A stretch of DNA of 53,100 nt, counting the filler, from Basidioascus undulatus (lineage: Eukaryota): assembly GCA_000826855.1 (NCBI GenBank). It is 3 parts of 3 records of this genome, joined end to end, with 100 filler letters (N's around TTAATTAATTAA, not from the genome) between each part and the next. Parts side by side here need not be neighbours in the genome. Positions count along the whole stretch, not along the records: positions 17,739 to 35,373 come from JTLS01000518.1; positions 35,474 to 53,100 come from JTLS01000519.1; 1 more part is not named here. The stretch is one strand, 5' to 3'. The notes under the pieces were generated by a model. The model was given only the letters and a program-made list of their open reading frames with translations, made no database searches and was not told where the DNA came from. Shown piece after piece: positions 22,774 to 36,262 of this stretch; positions within the stretch are counted from its first letter, which is position 1, and each line of letters opens with the position of its first letter. The position numbers were made by a program, and so were the translations under genes.

Positions 22774-25700
22774 ATGTCAGTTGCAACTCCAACGTCGGTG
22801 GATGTCGATGGCCACGACGTCGACAGCAAGTCTCCATCCTTGGTGCAGACAGTTACCGACGAAGTCAACTATGATAAGGCATTATACCTGCGCGTTAGAA
22901 AGCGCGTCGACCGCCGCATCATGCCGCTCGTTCTCATACAGTGAGTTCGAGAATCCGCTTACCGTGCTGAATGATCGGAGTCGCCTTTACACCTGTCAGG
23001 TACTTGGTAATGAGGTGCGCGCGCTTGGGAATACATGATTATTTTGATATCCTCATGATTACTTCGCAGGATCGACGTCAACAACATCACAAACGTGAGC
23101 AAACTACTGTTGCGCTACCCCTGTCTGATCTCAACAGTTGAACTGAGGCGCATGCCGGTGTTTGCAGGTTGCAGTAAGAGTTGAATGAACTGTACACCTG
23201 TAGACAAAGAAGTACTTAACAGCTTCAACGCTCTCTAGATCATGAACATTGAACATGGAAGCAACACAAGACCGAGCTAAACATTTCTCCGCAACAATGG
23301 GTCTGGTATGCCGATCCCTTGCTTCTCGCCTGCTCCGACGGTCCTCATCGCAGATGCACCAACTTCACAGGGTCATTTCTTGCTTCTTCTACACATGTAC
23401 GTCTCTTCAAGAGTGAGTCCATCTTGTTATGGTGTCAAAGCTGATTGGTCCAAATTAGACATGTTTCTGGAGCCAATTTCGACGGTTCTGTTGAAGCGAC
23501 TATCCCGAGCAACTGATATGTACCCAGCTCTTACCAGAGAATCAGAGAAGCACTCACGCATAGAAAAAAAAACTTACATGGTGCAGGATTTCGCGGGTCA
23601 GTAAGTTTTACCGTCTTCCCCGCGGGGGCACGGGCGTGTGTTGACTGATATGCCGGCAGTGGTAACTTGGGTGAGTGTTACATACAAAAACCCAGCGTAT
23701 AACATATTTTCTTCTACCTGAAATGAACTTCATAACGGGGGATTATCACATGCTGCATCGCTGCGGTTCAGTCCTACGGCGGACTAATTGCCATACGCGT
23801 TCTCGTGTATGCTCTATTTTCCCGAACGCTTTACTGGCCGATAGGAATCTATAACTAAAGGGAAACTTTCAGGGGTGCTGCTGAAGCTGGGTGGGTCCTT
23901 TTTTTTTAAAAAAAAAGGAGGTTGGTCTGACATGCACAGCTATTTCCCTTGCATCGTCGTACTTTGATGTCGCTATTAGTGGTATTACATTTCTGATGAG
24001 TCTCGTAAAGTATTTCTGGAGCTTTTGGTATTCTCCACACGAGCCTGCGCTACGTATGGTCGCATTGTACTCGGGTTCGTCCCAGCTCAGTCTTCGAGGG
24101 TTACCTACGCGGGTTTTTACTGACCTACTGAGCCGCCACAGCTGGAACTCTGTGCGGATTTATCGGAGGCTTTCTTGCATGTGGGCATTTCCTTCATGAC
24201 TGGACCTTGTCTTGCACCGAGCGACATTGCTTCACTCCTTTTCCAGACGCCATTTCCTATACAGACGGGGTACTGTCGGGCTGGAGGTACGACACACAGA
24301 AGTGGCGGGATAACTTTGGAGAGTGGCTAATATTTTGTGCACATGCCTAGATGGCTCTTCATAAGTGCGTAGCAACCCGATGCTTTCTGTTGCTACCTTA
24401 AGTAAGCAACTTTTATAGAGTGACGTGACATTCTGGCTTCTTCCAGACTACCCTCAGACAACAAAGTGGCTGAGCGACGAAGAGAAAGATGCGATCGCGC
24501 GATATCTTCACCGAGACGCGCCGAAGCACTCGGGATCAATGTGGGACTCCGAGCAGATCAAGGCGCTGCTATCCCACCCGACATTTTTGTTGTTACGTGC
24601 GTTACATTTGTTTACACCGCGACCATTCAGGATAGGAAGTTAATGCAGCTGCCACAGGGCCGCTTGGATCACCTCCGGCATTGGCGGTTATGTGTCTATG
24701 CGTATCGAGGAAGATGGGAACTGGAAAGTCAACTAAACTTCATACAGGGTACGATCGTAAACGGCACAGTCTTTTCCTTCAACTGTCATTGCTTCCCGTT
24801 CAGGCTTGAGCTATGCGCTTCATACATCAAGGACCTCGGTAAGCGTTCTTTCACGCTTTATGCAACTTCTTACATAATTTTATGGCCAAGGCTTCACCTA
24901 CTCCGCATGTCCAATGTCCTCATGATGCCGCCATCTTTCGCATCCTTCGCGCTCGTCCTCGTCCTCGGCTGGCTAGTCCAGCGGAAAGGAATCGACCCCT
25001 TCCCAGTGGTAATCTCCCTGGAACCTCGTCATCATCGCATGCTATATCGTGCTCTTGAAAGTCGACTTGACCGGCATGAGGTACTTTGTGCTCATTCATT
25101 CCACCACCGCGTCCGGGTCGATCTATCCGATGTTGTATGTCTTCCTCATGAATCCCTTCCTCTAGGACGAAGTTGAGTGCTCACGGAAATATGTTTTCAG
25201 ATGGCGGCAATTCGTGGAACTTCCGCCGCTGGGCTAGGCATCGGTGACCCAGCCTCTCTCCCTGAACCCTCCATCCACAACTCAATGTCATCCCGACAGG
25301 AATGGACAACGCGGTCGCCCAGTTCCGCGGAAGTACGTGGTGGCTCCATGAACTGTCGCTGCTTCCACTGACCAGCTTTATTTCCGCCAGTTCTCGGGCC
25401 ACAGGTTTTCCGATGCATGTCTTTCCTGCATGTTCACCATGTCGGGACCTCTGCGCTTACATTCGTTATCTCAACAGCCGACTACGGACGTAAGATTAAA
25501 ACTGGAAGCGTCGGGTATTCAAGGCCAGCGTAGAGACTGACTGGTTTGGGAATGCCTTGATTGCACATTCCGCTTCAAACAGCCTCATATCACGCCTGTC
25601 GCCGAGTCGATTCCACTGGGGCAGGGAACTTTACTGAATCAACTTCCCACAGATTTCTTTTTCGTGTGCATTGCCCTCATGGCGGCGATCGTTTTCTACA

Positions 25701-26010
25701 GCACCGGTAAGTCTCTCCCTCTCTCCGACTTTCAGTTTCCAGCGTCAAGCAAACCGAGCAATTGACTCCGAATCCTCCGTTCGCAATTTGGTTCCTCATG
25801 CATGCTTGCATGCAAGCCGACACCTGCCTTCGAGTTCCAAAGAGGTTTAACAAGCACTCCTTGGTTGACAGGCGCCGATCCAGCGTTGGTTCCCCACCCT
25901 CGCCCGCTTCGTGCAGTCCCAGACCAACGTCAAAGAGGGCGATGGGAGTGGGAGTCAAGCCAAAGAGTGGCCAACGACGGGGATCGGAAAGTGTGATTCT
26001 CCTTTCTAGG
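22774..26010 (+). pseudogene. MFS permease, anion:cation symporter (Dal5/Tna1-like) family, frameshifted; 3' end approximate
   Basis: KRVDRRIMPL, MFLEPISTVLLK, QSYGGLIAIRVL.GAAEAG, SFWY, LSGWRWLF, LPDYPQTTKWLSDEEK. In-exon frameshifts at ~23267 and ~25024. Confidence 0.8.
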
Positions 26011-26469
26011 TACCCCGCCAGAACGCAGTGGGTATCATGAGCACGTACGAAAACCAGCACGAAGGTCGCTATAGATGTGCAGTTAGAGATAAACAACATG
26101 TTCATGACTGCTTCAATACGCACCGTCGGAAGTTTGGAAGATCTGATAAAAACCCGTGCAGAACATGATGAAAGTCCCAGTGCGTCGCATTCCCTTTCCC
26201 AGTTGTAAGGCACGATCCGACGCCGCAAGTGCCAGCCTGTGGGATCTTGAGGGCACCAGGTTGTTCAGGCCGAAGGGCACGACATTGCAAGTAGAGCTCT
26301 GTTCGGTAGACGGGCAGCATATGGTGCAAGTCCAAGTCGCGGGTAACACATGGAAGATCTATGCTCAAGACCTCAGAACGCTCATTCTGTAAACGCCATG
26401 TCAGCCTATCTATGCGTCGACATCTAATCCGACCATCTCCCTGTGCACAAGTCCGTCCTCCATTACTTC

Positions 26470-28160
26470 TCACAGCTTCGCCTTCGCCATCCCAAGCCCA
26501 TTCAGATCCAGCAACCTACGCCCACCATCGACGCGGCTGGCGTCGACTACGGGCACCGCGCCATCCTTCAAGCTCGCCTTGTTGAACGCCCACTTCTCCT
26601 CGAGGTGCTCAGGCAAAGCACCCTCGAGCCGCAGGCGGACTTGGCGCCCCAGGTTAGGGAGGAACTTGAACGCATGGCCGGATCCGCCGGTCGCGAAGAG
26701 AAGCGTCCGCGGCGAGGACGGGTGGAAGTCGATGATCCAGTCGCCGTTCTCAGCGTCGGTGTCTGAAAGAGGGTCGGAGAGGAAGCAATCAGACTGCAGT
26801 TGATGTAAAGAGAAGGCGAGACGAAGGGTGACGCACACCAGCAGAGCCTCGTCCCCCACTGGCGTTCCGGACCCGCCAGGCCGGGGTAGACGGAACGGAT
26901 TCCACCGCGCAGTTCGTCGTACATCTCCTTCGGCAGGGGCGCGGAAGAGATCGCTGCGCCGGGGACGCGCTCACCCGTGTAGGGGATGAGGTCGGCAGAG
27001 AGGTAGCCCGCGTGGTGCCGCGAAAACTTGGCAATGCCGTTGTTGGGCTGCAGTCGGCAGCGGGAAGATGGGAGTAAGACGAACGGATGAAATGCGGGCA
27101 GGAGGAAGATGAGGGGCTGACAGGGAATGCGCTGTTGCGTGGTCACGGCGGTCAGCAGACAATAAAAGGGAGATTAAACAGGAAGACGGACTAATGACCG
27201 GTGTCGAAGTTGAGAACAACTTTGGCATTCTCGCCGTAGGCCTTTCGAGACATGATCAGTTCAGAACCGCACAGCGAGGACCGAAACCGCACACACCTTG
27301 ACCTCCTCCTCGTTCAGAGAAAGAAGCGCCACGCTCTGGCCCGTAGCGATCATCCTACTCTCCGCTCCGATCTTGCCGCCCTTCAAGAGCCCGGGCGTCC
27401 ACGCGCCGGTCGCGATGATGACCAAGTCCGCCTTCCACGTCTCGCCATCCTTGGTCCGTGCCCCTCGGACCTCTCCGCCCTCCCAAACCAACTCCGTGGC
27501 CTCCTTCCCAGCAAGGACGTGGCCACCCGCGGCGCGAATGCGCTCAAGAAGCTCGATCATCGCCGGGCGCGCGGCGGCCCACCCGCCCGCGCGGTTCAGG
27601 TAACCCTGCGTGTTTGGCGCAAGGGACGGGCGCGGAACGTTGGGTGGGAGGTGCGGGTAGATTTCGGAGGGGTTGGAGAGGCGGACGACTGAATCGGGTG
27701 CGAGCGCAAGTGCGTTGTCGAGAGAGCTCAGCGCGTACGGCGTCGAGCCGAGGACCAGGACGCCGCATCTGTTAAGGGTCGCTGTCAAGTTTTCTGGAAA
27801 TCATGGAAAGATAATAAAGAGCACATTCACTCGTGATAATGTCCTCTCCAATGCTGCTTCCACTCGGAGATTGCCTCGTGCCCAAGTTTTGCGTAGTCAC
27901 GGTCCTACCTCCCTCGGAAGCTCGTGAGCTCCAGCCGGCCCTTACTCCCACACTCAACACATATTGAAGCGTACCTCGTAGTCAAACCGCACAATCTTCG
28001 AGATATCAGTGCTCGCAGCGTCCGGCGCAGGGAGAACCTCAGCCTTGTCGAGGACCGTGATGGCGAACTGCTCCTTGCTCTCGGTGAGAAGGGAGAGCGC
28101 GGTGCCCAGACCGAAGACGCCCGCGCCGAGGATGAGGACTTTACGAGGCTCGGTAGACAT
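26470..28160 (-). CDS. FAD-dependent oxidoreductase, sarcosine/pipecolate/fructosyl-amino-acid oxidase family
   Basis: KVLILGAGVFGLGTA (GxGxxG), DAASTDISKIVRFDY, ADLVIIATGAWT, spliced RLCWYTD (covalent-flavin Cys position), ATGGSGHAFKFLP. Confidence 0.92.
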
Positions 28161-30245
28161 TCTATGAGGCAACTGAGGATATGCTGTAGGATGAACACTT
28201 GAACGCGAGCTAGCCGACAAGAAAGAGAAGACGCTGGCCAGAGGCTCATTAACATAAGCTCAGCGCGTACCGCGCGCCTCCACATTGAACGTGCGGAAGT
28301 TCGGCTGCAAGCGGCTGCAGCGGAGGGCACCGACACTTCCAGAACAGACTCGACAGTCCCCAGGCAACACCAAGGCACTCGGACAGAGAACAACAGAGGC
28401 GAAGAATCCTTTGAAAAAGATCACAACCTACCATAGGATATCATTATAAGTGAGTGCACTAGCCAGGGTAGCCTTGAATAGCCGGGAATTATAGGCGACC
28501 ACGTCCGTTTCAACAGCGAGAACTTCGGAAGTGCCTACTGTGCTTCTTCCAGTTTCTCTGACTGTTGCATGGAAGTATGGATTACAGCACGTACAGCTCT
28601 CGCTTGAGGTTGCCGGGTGATTGAGTGAGTGATTGAATAAGTGAAACGCAGCCGTTGCCTGCGAGGCAGAGCTACAAACACCCGATCGACATTAGTCTCT
28701 ATTATAAAGTAAATTCTCATTGCAAATTAAATAAGGCGATGTGAATCTACTCCTTTCGAACGCACAGAGGCAAGCCTTCTTCTGCTATTCAGTGGCAACA
28801 GCGCCGGAACTCCGTCAACTTTGCCTTCTGGATCTACAGGACCCATCCTCCAGCTCTGAGAGGAACTCAGTACCAGGACTTCTAGGCGAATTTCGACAGA
28901 ATTTTTTTCACAATATGCGACGTCGGTTTAGTCGTTTGTAAACGTGGAAGCGCTGAGAGTGCCTTCATAAGGGCTCACCTGCGAGCATCTCACGATCGAG
29001 TATCAGCTTGCTCAAGAAACGAAAGGGGCCCGACTCAAAATCAAGGCACACATCTTTATGTCCTTTGCAATCCTCAGGTCAAGTACGGCCAATCCACAGC
29101 GGGCTGACATACCCACTCACCCACACTTCGAACGTCACCAACCAGCGCTAGCGACTATCAGGCAGTCAATTAGCGGATGGGTTTTTCACGGATCTGCCGC
29201 TGTGCACCGTTTGCAGCCTTTCCGGGCAGCGCAGAGCTGACGTCTTGCAGGTTGCTGGACGCATGGAACGCAATTATAGTGGCTGCAATGGTCTCGGCGC
29301 TGAGCGCTGTGGAAGGGGCTTGAGCTACATTGTAGAGGGATTGAGGTGAAGGAAGAAGGTCCGAATGGAATCCAGCTCTTCTGCGGTCTCGGAAAAGCGG
29401 CACGAGGAGCAACAGTTCGAGAACACGCGGCATTGAAAGGCGGGTATCCCTGCCTGGTGGATGCTAGGAGCGTGATCATTGACAAGGTCCATAAATCTGC
29501 GAGTTCTTTTAGGAACTCAAGACTTCCAAAGTCCACGCGACAACTGTTAGACTTGCCAAAGTATGAACGACACTAAGGCAGGCATGTCCGTCACGCACTG
29601 CGATTTGGAATCGGTTAGGGTTTTTGTTTCCTACTATGTCCGGACTCAGATGAAGTGGTATATATATCTTATATCTCTACCAATTTTTGATCCACAGCAT
29701 CCAGACAGGGCAAGTGCTGCCATACCTCGAGTTCCGTCCGAAGGGGTACACACCCCAGCATCCGAAGGACGCATGTTACCTGACACTTGGAGCCCTGAGC
29801 CAAGTTACTCATCTGACCCCAAAGCAACCCCAAAGCTACCTACCCGCATGTTTCACACCCTGAAGTAGTAAGCACCTTAGTTGCACTTAGCTCGCAGGGC
29901 AGAGGGCGAGTCGATCGCAGCCGTTGACTGTCACTTTGCGAAGGGTTCTGCCCCGAGCCTTTGCATCGTCAAGTGACTTGCTCGTGTATGCTTCATTCCG
30001 ACCCTTATTCTGACATTCTTTCGACTCAAATTTTTTCCCTGACCATGCAGCTTGTAAGTCTGGCCGCTGTCAAGTATCAATAGACCCCGCCAAGCGAACG
30101 TGTTCACATGACTCTGCTAGACCGCCTTCATGACGTCGAGCCCAACAGCCAGCCTTCCTTGTTGCCTCCCTTCTCCATCTCGACGCGCAATACTACTGTT
30201 TCATCAATCATCTTCAACCATATACACCACTCACAAGCGATATCA

Positions 30246-31853
30246 ATGACAGACGTGGCCCCCTCACAGGCCCCGAAGCGGTTCTCGCTCGCGCGTCTCT
30301 TCAAGCGCAAAGAGGCACATTCGCGCCTCCTTTCTCATCCAGCTTCTATCACCACTAACAACCGTCTGGTGCGCTGGAACAGCCCGAATCTTACGCCCGG
30401 GCATCGCTCTATGAGTTCAGCGACCACCTCGGCTCGGGCGTCATGTCCGAGGTGAAGCGCGCGTATGCGACGAAGCTCGAACGCCAGGTCGCGGTCAAGA
30501 TTGTGCCTAAGCGGCTGCAGCGCGGTCGCGACGCGTTTAGGGAGTGGATCGCTACTCTGAGAGGGTGGAAGCATCGGAATATCGGTGAGAAAGGCAGTGA
30601 GCTCGAGGAAGGCCGGAGCGACGGCTGAACTGTGGATGGAACGGGACGCAGTGCATGTGTTGGACCTCTACGAGAGCAGAAGCACGTTCTTCGTCGTGAT
30701 GGAGCTCGGGGCCAAGGGAGAGCTCTTCCACCGGCTGAAGACAAGGGGGGCGTACCGTGAACCCGACGCGCGGAGATTTGTTGGGGCGCTTGTGGTGGGT
30801 CTGCCTCTTTCATCGTCGTTTTCCTGCTGCGCGGCTATGAATGCTCAGACCACCGCAGGACGCTGTCGGCTTTATTCACTCCAAAGGATGGATTCATCGT
30901 GACCTTAAACCAGAAAACATCCTATTGCGCTCCGAGGATCCGGATGAGTTCGCCTGTTTCCTCACTTGCGCCTGAGCTGCACAAGCTGAAGCATGAAGAT
31001 GCGGTCGGGCAGCTTCTTCATCATAGACTTCGAGCTGGCCACACCACACCGAAATGGTGATCCGCCAAAAAAATCCGTTTGCGGAAGTCCGGGTTATGCA
31101 GGTGCGTCCCCGAACCATACAAGGCTGCTTTGCGCAGGGGTTGATTATTTCTTCGCGGCAGCTCCTGAGATCTTCCGTGGGTGGGGATATGGCTTCGAAG
31201 TGGACATGTGGGCTGTTGGGTGCGTGTCTCCCGTTTCATCCCTGAGAGTTCCGGCACGCCACTGACTTTGTACGCCTGCACAGTGTGATGACCTACATTC
31301 TGTAAGTCCCTCAGCTGTACACACCTCTTTGTGCCTCTGGTAATCTGAGATCCCTACGTTACATGCTTTGTTGCACAGACTCGCAAATATCCCGCCCTTC
31401 AAGACGAAGGACTACCGTGCCATCATCGACGAGTCGCTGAAGGGCGACTTCGACTATCCACCTGAGCGTTGGGCCCACTTGTCGTCTGAATGTGCGCCTG
31501 TGTTCATTCTAATCATACCGTTATGAATCATCAATTGAAATATCGTTGATGTACACAGCCCAGGACTTCACGCGTTCACTCCTCACGCCGTGGGCGTCTC
31601 AACGACCTCTGCCGAAGAAAGCGGCACAATATCCCGTCCGCTTCATCTCTCTCGGAGTATGCCGTCCTTTCTGACCACGACCCGCATCCCATCCGTGCAG
31701 TGGCTTGTATCGTACACTCGATCGCCAACTAAAGTCAAGCCATCGAAGCTGTCCAGCGAGCCGTCCGGCGTGGTCGGGACGCACTCGACTATTGAAGACC
31801 TGCATTGCGTCCTGCCGAAGGACGAAGAGTATGGTCAGCTCGGGTCGCCTTGA
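30246..31853 (+). CDS. Ser/Thr protein kinase, CaMK (Cmk1/2-like), divergent
   Basis: LGSGVMSEV, VAVKIV, HRNI, VMELGAKGELF, HRDLKPEN, DFE, CGSPGYAAPE, VDMWAVG, PPF in spliced exons. Confidence 0.88.
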
Positions 31854-34800
31854 AGGGGTGACATTTGGACGCGTATGAATGATTGGAGGGAACGAGAATC
31901 TACTCTAATGTTGCGTTTCCTACTCCTTGTCGTGCGGCCTAATCATCTATTCTGGACTTACTATGTTGATGCCGTCTGAAATCGGTTAAAAGGAGAGAGA
32001 TGTGCATGCTAGTACTGGGTCGCGGGACTGCTGCGCTCTTTGAGATCCCTTATCTCAGTTCGTGCACAGAGTGTCGAAGGTGTACGCCTTCGAAGCTCCT
32101 GGTGCCACGCAAGCATAGCACGGCACTCATCTTTTCCCGAAGTGGAATCAAACTTGTATTGCAGGACAAGGAAGGAAAAAGAACATATTGAGACTGCCGC
32201 CCCTGGTCGTTCTGCTCAATTAGCCCTCTGCCGCTCATAACGATTCGCCATCAGCCCCAGATTTGCCGTCGTCCGCCCCGGCCTCAAAGACGGACCCAGC
32301 ATCCGAATGATCGGAACTCTACTCTCCGTGACCCACTACAGTTGGGCAGGTCAGGGAGGTGCAAGCCAGGGCGGAACTGAGGGGAACAGCTAGAACTCAC
32401 CCGGTGGCGCGTCGCATTCGCATCATTTTATCGTAATGATGTTCCCCTCGCAGGGAATGAAGGGGCTCGAGATGTTCAAGGTACTGAGGGCGGAGCAAGT
32501 CCGTCAGTGCTGAGGTACCGAGCAATTTTTGCACAGCAGGTGGAGCGCGAGTGCACAGTTCGGATGTGCTGTACTTGTCTACTGCCCACGGTGGGCAGCA
32601 CAGCGCTCCAGATCCCTAGACCCAGTAGCACGGAGAAACATGGGCACGGGAGACGCATGATGATGCTTTTGGATAACTCGAGAGGACGCAAGCGAGTGAT
32701 GGTAGTGGTGTGAGCGAGAGCGAGGGAGCGGATCAAGTATTCAGATCAACGCAAAGTACTGGACGCGCATCGGAAGCATGGCTGTTGATGAATGAGCGCC
32801 CATGGTGCCTGAGGGATTAAGGCTTAGACGAATCGAGAAACCTCATGCCGGACGCGATACAAAAGTCGCGAGGTTCAACAGCGACAAACAGCCATGTTCG
32901 AGGCTCATAAAAGGTGGACAGTGGACTCGTAACCGGTCTCGCGGGAACAGGATCAGCAATTGATGCGGGGAACCATCACAAGAAGTTGAACATGCGTCTT
33001 CTGCATTACCGGTACTGTGTGGAACATTTCTGCTCTATTCCTCCTCCTGCACCCCTTGCGCAGGTAGTGTTGGGTAGCGCAGCTCCATGCCAGCCGCCAG
33101 CCGACGAACTGCAATGTGCGGTAGAATCTCGGCGGCAAACCACATCCCATACCTCCTAAAAAGCAATACAAAATCTGATTTTAAGCTCAGAGCGATGACC
33201 TCGTGCACAGCCCAGTTAACTCACAGCGTTCGAGACGGTGCACTGTTTCTTCCTTAGACCATAATCGCGTAAATGACAGGCCGAGGGACGCAGGAGTATG
33301 ACCTTTCAGATATGGTGCACTCCGTCTCTGATCGAACATAATTTGCGGATCGGTTGCTTCGGAGCGAGAATTCTTCTTGCCGTACCCTATAAAACCACCA
33401 AAAGATTTTTTTTTTACGAAATGAACATTGAAAGTTGCAAGGACGGTGGTTATTACCCTTTGCAACCCGCTGTCGCTGCCTGCTTTCAGCAGAGGCGTCG
33501 CTGCTCCCCTCGGAAGTACGCAACCGACAAACCAGACCAATCTGGACGAAAACATTCGACAGGGTAGCTCGAATTAGTTGATGGAATACGTTCGACAAAT
33601 CCCAAAGCCGATGCAAACCGATCAGTCCCGGTCCAAACCGGAAATTACTTACATGCACGTGATCAAGTAAACATGGCACATCGTCTGGGGTCAAGTAACC
33701 CCCCGGGTTTCATTTGAAAAGCTTTTCAAAACACCTTCGGTATGGTGTGGTTGCCGACCAAGTCCATCCGTAATGTGAAGTGGGCGCATTGGGGAAGAGC
33801 TGCGGCAGCGGTGAGCCGGTAGATTCATTGTGCTGGACTCAAGAACGCTTTTCATGTGATAGTGGGCAGACTGAATCATCTCAAAATTTGATTGTGTTCG
33901 ACTTCCCTTTTTTGCGTAGTGCAGGTTCCGTCATGAATGTATCCGCTGACGCAATGCCCGACGCTGTAAGTGGCTATATAATTCCCATTTATAGGTAAAG
34001 TGCCCTACGTCGCCTTCCTGTTGGATTCAGATGTAGTAGTAAAGAAAAGATCTGGGACAACTACGCATTTCATGAAGCCTTTACCTGACTTCATCAGTGT
34101 CTCATGAGAACACAGCAGTCCTGCTCGTAAGTCCCATTGCGTCCCATCTTCTGGTAATGTCCAATTTTCCAGTAAACATGAGATGCTTGTATTGTTATGG
34201 CGGTGTCCTGAACACTAGCATGCTGGAGGCCATTTACTTTCAGGTGCCTCTGTCAGCTGCTGCTTCAGGCACCCCTTCAACTGCGAAAGGGGATATGATA
34301 CAGATCAAACGGAACCCAAAATGATTTGGTAGTTCGTGTACAGCTCAGACTGCCAAACGGAACAAACAGCGAATTTTCGAGACCCAGAACAGAGCGAGAT
34401 GTAAACGAGGCAGTGCTTACGAGTGTGCCACATCTCTGTCCTGTTTGACGGCAGAACGGCCCTCAGAAAATACAAAAGGGAGAACTCTTGGTGTGCTTGG
34501 AATGGCATTGTTTCGAGGATTTTCGCGCTGTTGGTCCTCCTGCACTCCTTCCGCAATCCATTCCACCGAGGAACTGACAGTGTAGTATCTCCCCGCCGCC
34601 GCCGCCGCCGCCCGCCCCTTTCTTCGTTCCCATTCTCAAGCCCCCACTCAAACGCTGACATCCCATTTTTTCGACGCCCTCCTCCACACCCAGTCCCGAC
34701 TTCAAAGGGAGCAGACATGCCAGACACCCGGCTGGAATAGGATCTGCGGATCTAGTTGCTTCTGAGCGAGTCTTCTCTCTGCTGTACTGCTCGATTGGTG

Positions 34801-35373
34801 CTTAGTTGGTAAGAAAAGACAAAATACACCTTCTCTAAAGATGGGTTTCCGCGCAACGAATGTTGAAAGTTGCAAGTGCCCGCGGCAGCGGTTGCAAGCC
34901 GTAGTCGCCGCCGGTCTTCCCGCGGTCCACCCGCGGCAATGACACGCGAGCCCCGCGCGTCCTCGAGCCTGCGAACGCGTCCAGCCTGAACCACCATCTT
35001 CCCATCTTATCGTGCCATTCGCAGTCGAAATTCTTCCAGGAATTGTGCTGGGATCTAGGGCCGCGGAGACTCTGTTTTGGTCTGGCTGATTGCGCAGGTG
35101 AGTCTGAGGAGCGCCGTGGTCCTGAGTACCGGTACCGGAGCACAGCGACACCTCCCCCGGCTGCCGTGTGCTCTTCGGCAAGCCCGAGGGCGCTGCATGA
35201 TCTGTGCTGTGAATTAACTGTGAACACAGAGAACTAATAACCCTCTGATTCCGCAGACAACCGCCATGGCGAGCTCGTTCCCGCACGAGTTCATAGCGCA
35301 CCTCTCTCCCCTCCTCTTCGTCTCCGGGCTCGGTCCACCCCCCCCCCCCCCCGCCGCCCCCGCCCCCGCGCTC

Positions 35374-35473
35374 NNNNNNNNNNNNNNNNNNNNNNNNNNN
35401 NNNNNNNNNNNNNNNNNTTAATTAATTAANNNNNNNNNNNNNNNNNNNNNNNNNNNNNNNNNNNNNNNNNNNN
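35374..35473. other. Assembly gap with artificial six-frame stop linker
   Basis: 100 nt with TTAATTAATTAA at 35418-35429, preceded by a poly-C tract. Confidence 0.97.
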
Positions 35474-36262
35474 AAAATAGGAAGTCTCTCATGAAATGCT
35501 CTAATAACTGACAACCGCGCAGAGGAAGATGGCATTCCTCCTCCTTCCGAGTTTCTGGCGACACCATAAAAGGTCTGCAAGCGATGCATGAATTTCAAGA
35601 GTATGTTAGGCTGCAGGGCGAGTATATCAATCCTGGACCAAGGTGATCTTGAAAAGCTTATGAAAGGCTTTAACAGTGACTGCGGCCGCGACTCATAATT
35701 GTACCAGCGCGGTCGGCCTCGCCTGAAGGGTGTTGTCGACTGACGATATTCATGCATGCTGTACATGCATCCCATGTGTCACTCGCTAGAATTTGCTACA
35801 AAACCAACCAAATCCTTTATACAGGGTGTAGGGAGACATTGCGGCTCATAACTCTCGAATCTCCCGGCCAGAACTCCCGTCTCTTGAACATGGGGGGTTC
35901 CCTTTCCAGCTTCCGCCTTCACGTGCTGGAAACAGGATCAGTAGATCGGTTTCATCATGACCCAGGTGAAGAAAATCGATCGACGTTGGTGGCATTGTGC
36001 AATGCTGCGCTCAGGATTCTGAGAATCGGAGCAGTCGGAGTTGCTGGCTACGGCCTCCCCCACTTGCTATCCAGGTTTCCAGAATCTAACCCCTGACGAG
36101 TAATCGGTGTGCAACAGAATCAGAAGCCGAAACCATCACGCTCCGCATTCACACGGCGCGGATTTACACTGCAGTGCCGTGCTGTCGATGCTCAGTTATT
36201 TCGAACATGCCAGCAATAGCTCCATGCGGTCGTTTCTTCCTACGCAACTTCCGCAAAGACGC

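Noticed and set aside
28400..30100. Short ORFs between the oxidase and the kinase
   Set aside because: No motifs or coherent splice pattern.
35338..35373. Poly-C tract as a telomere or G-quadruplex element
   Set aside because: No telomeric repeat unit; truncated at the gap, and most likely just the cause of the assembly break.
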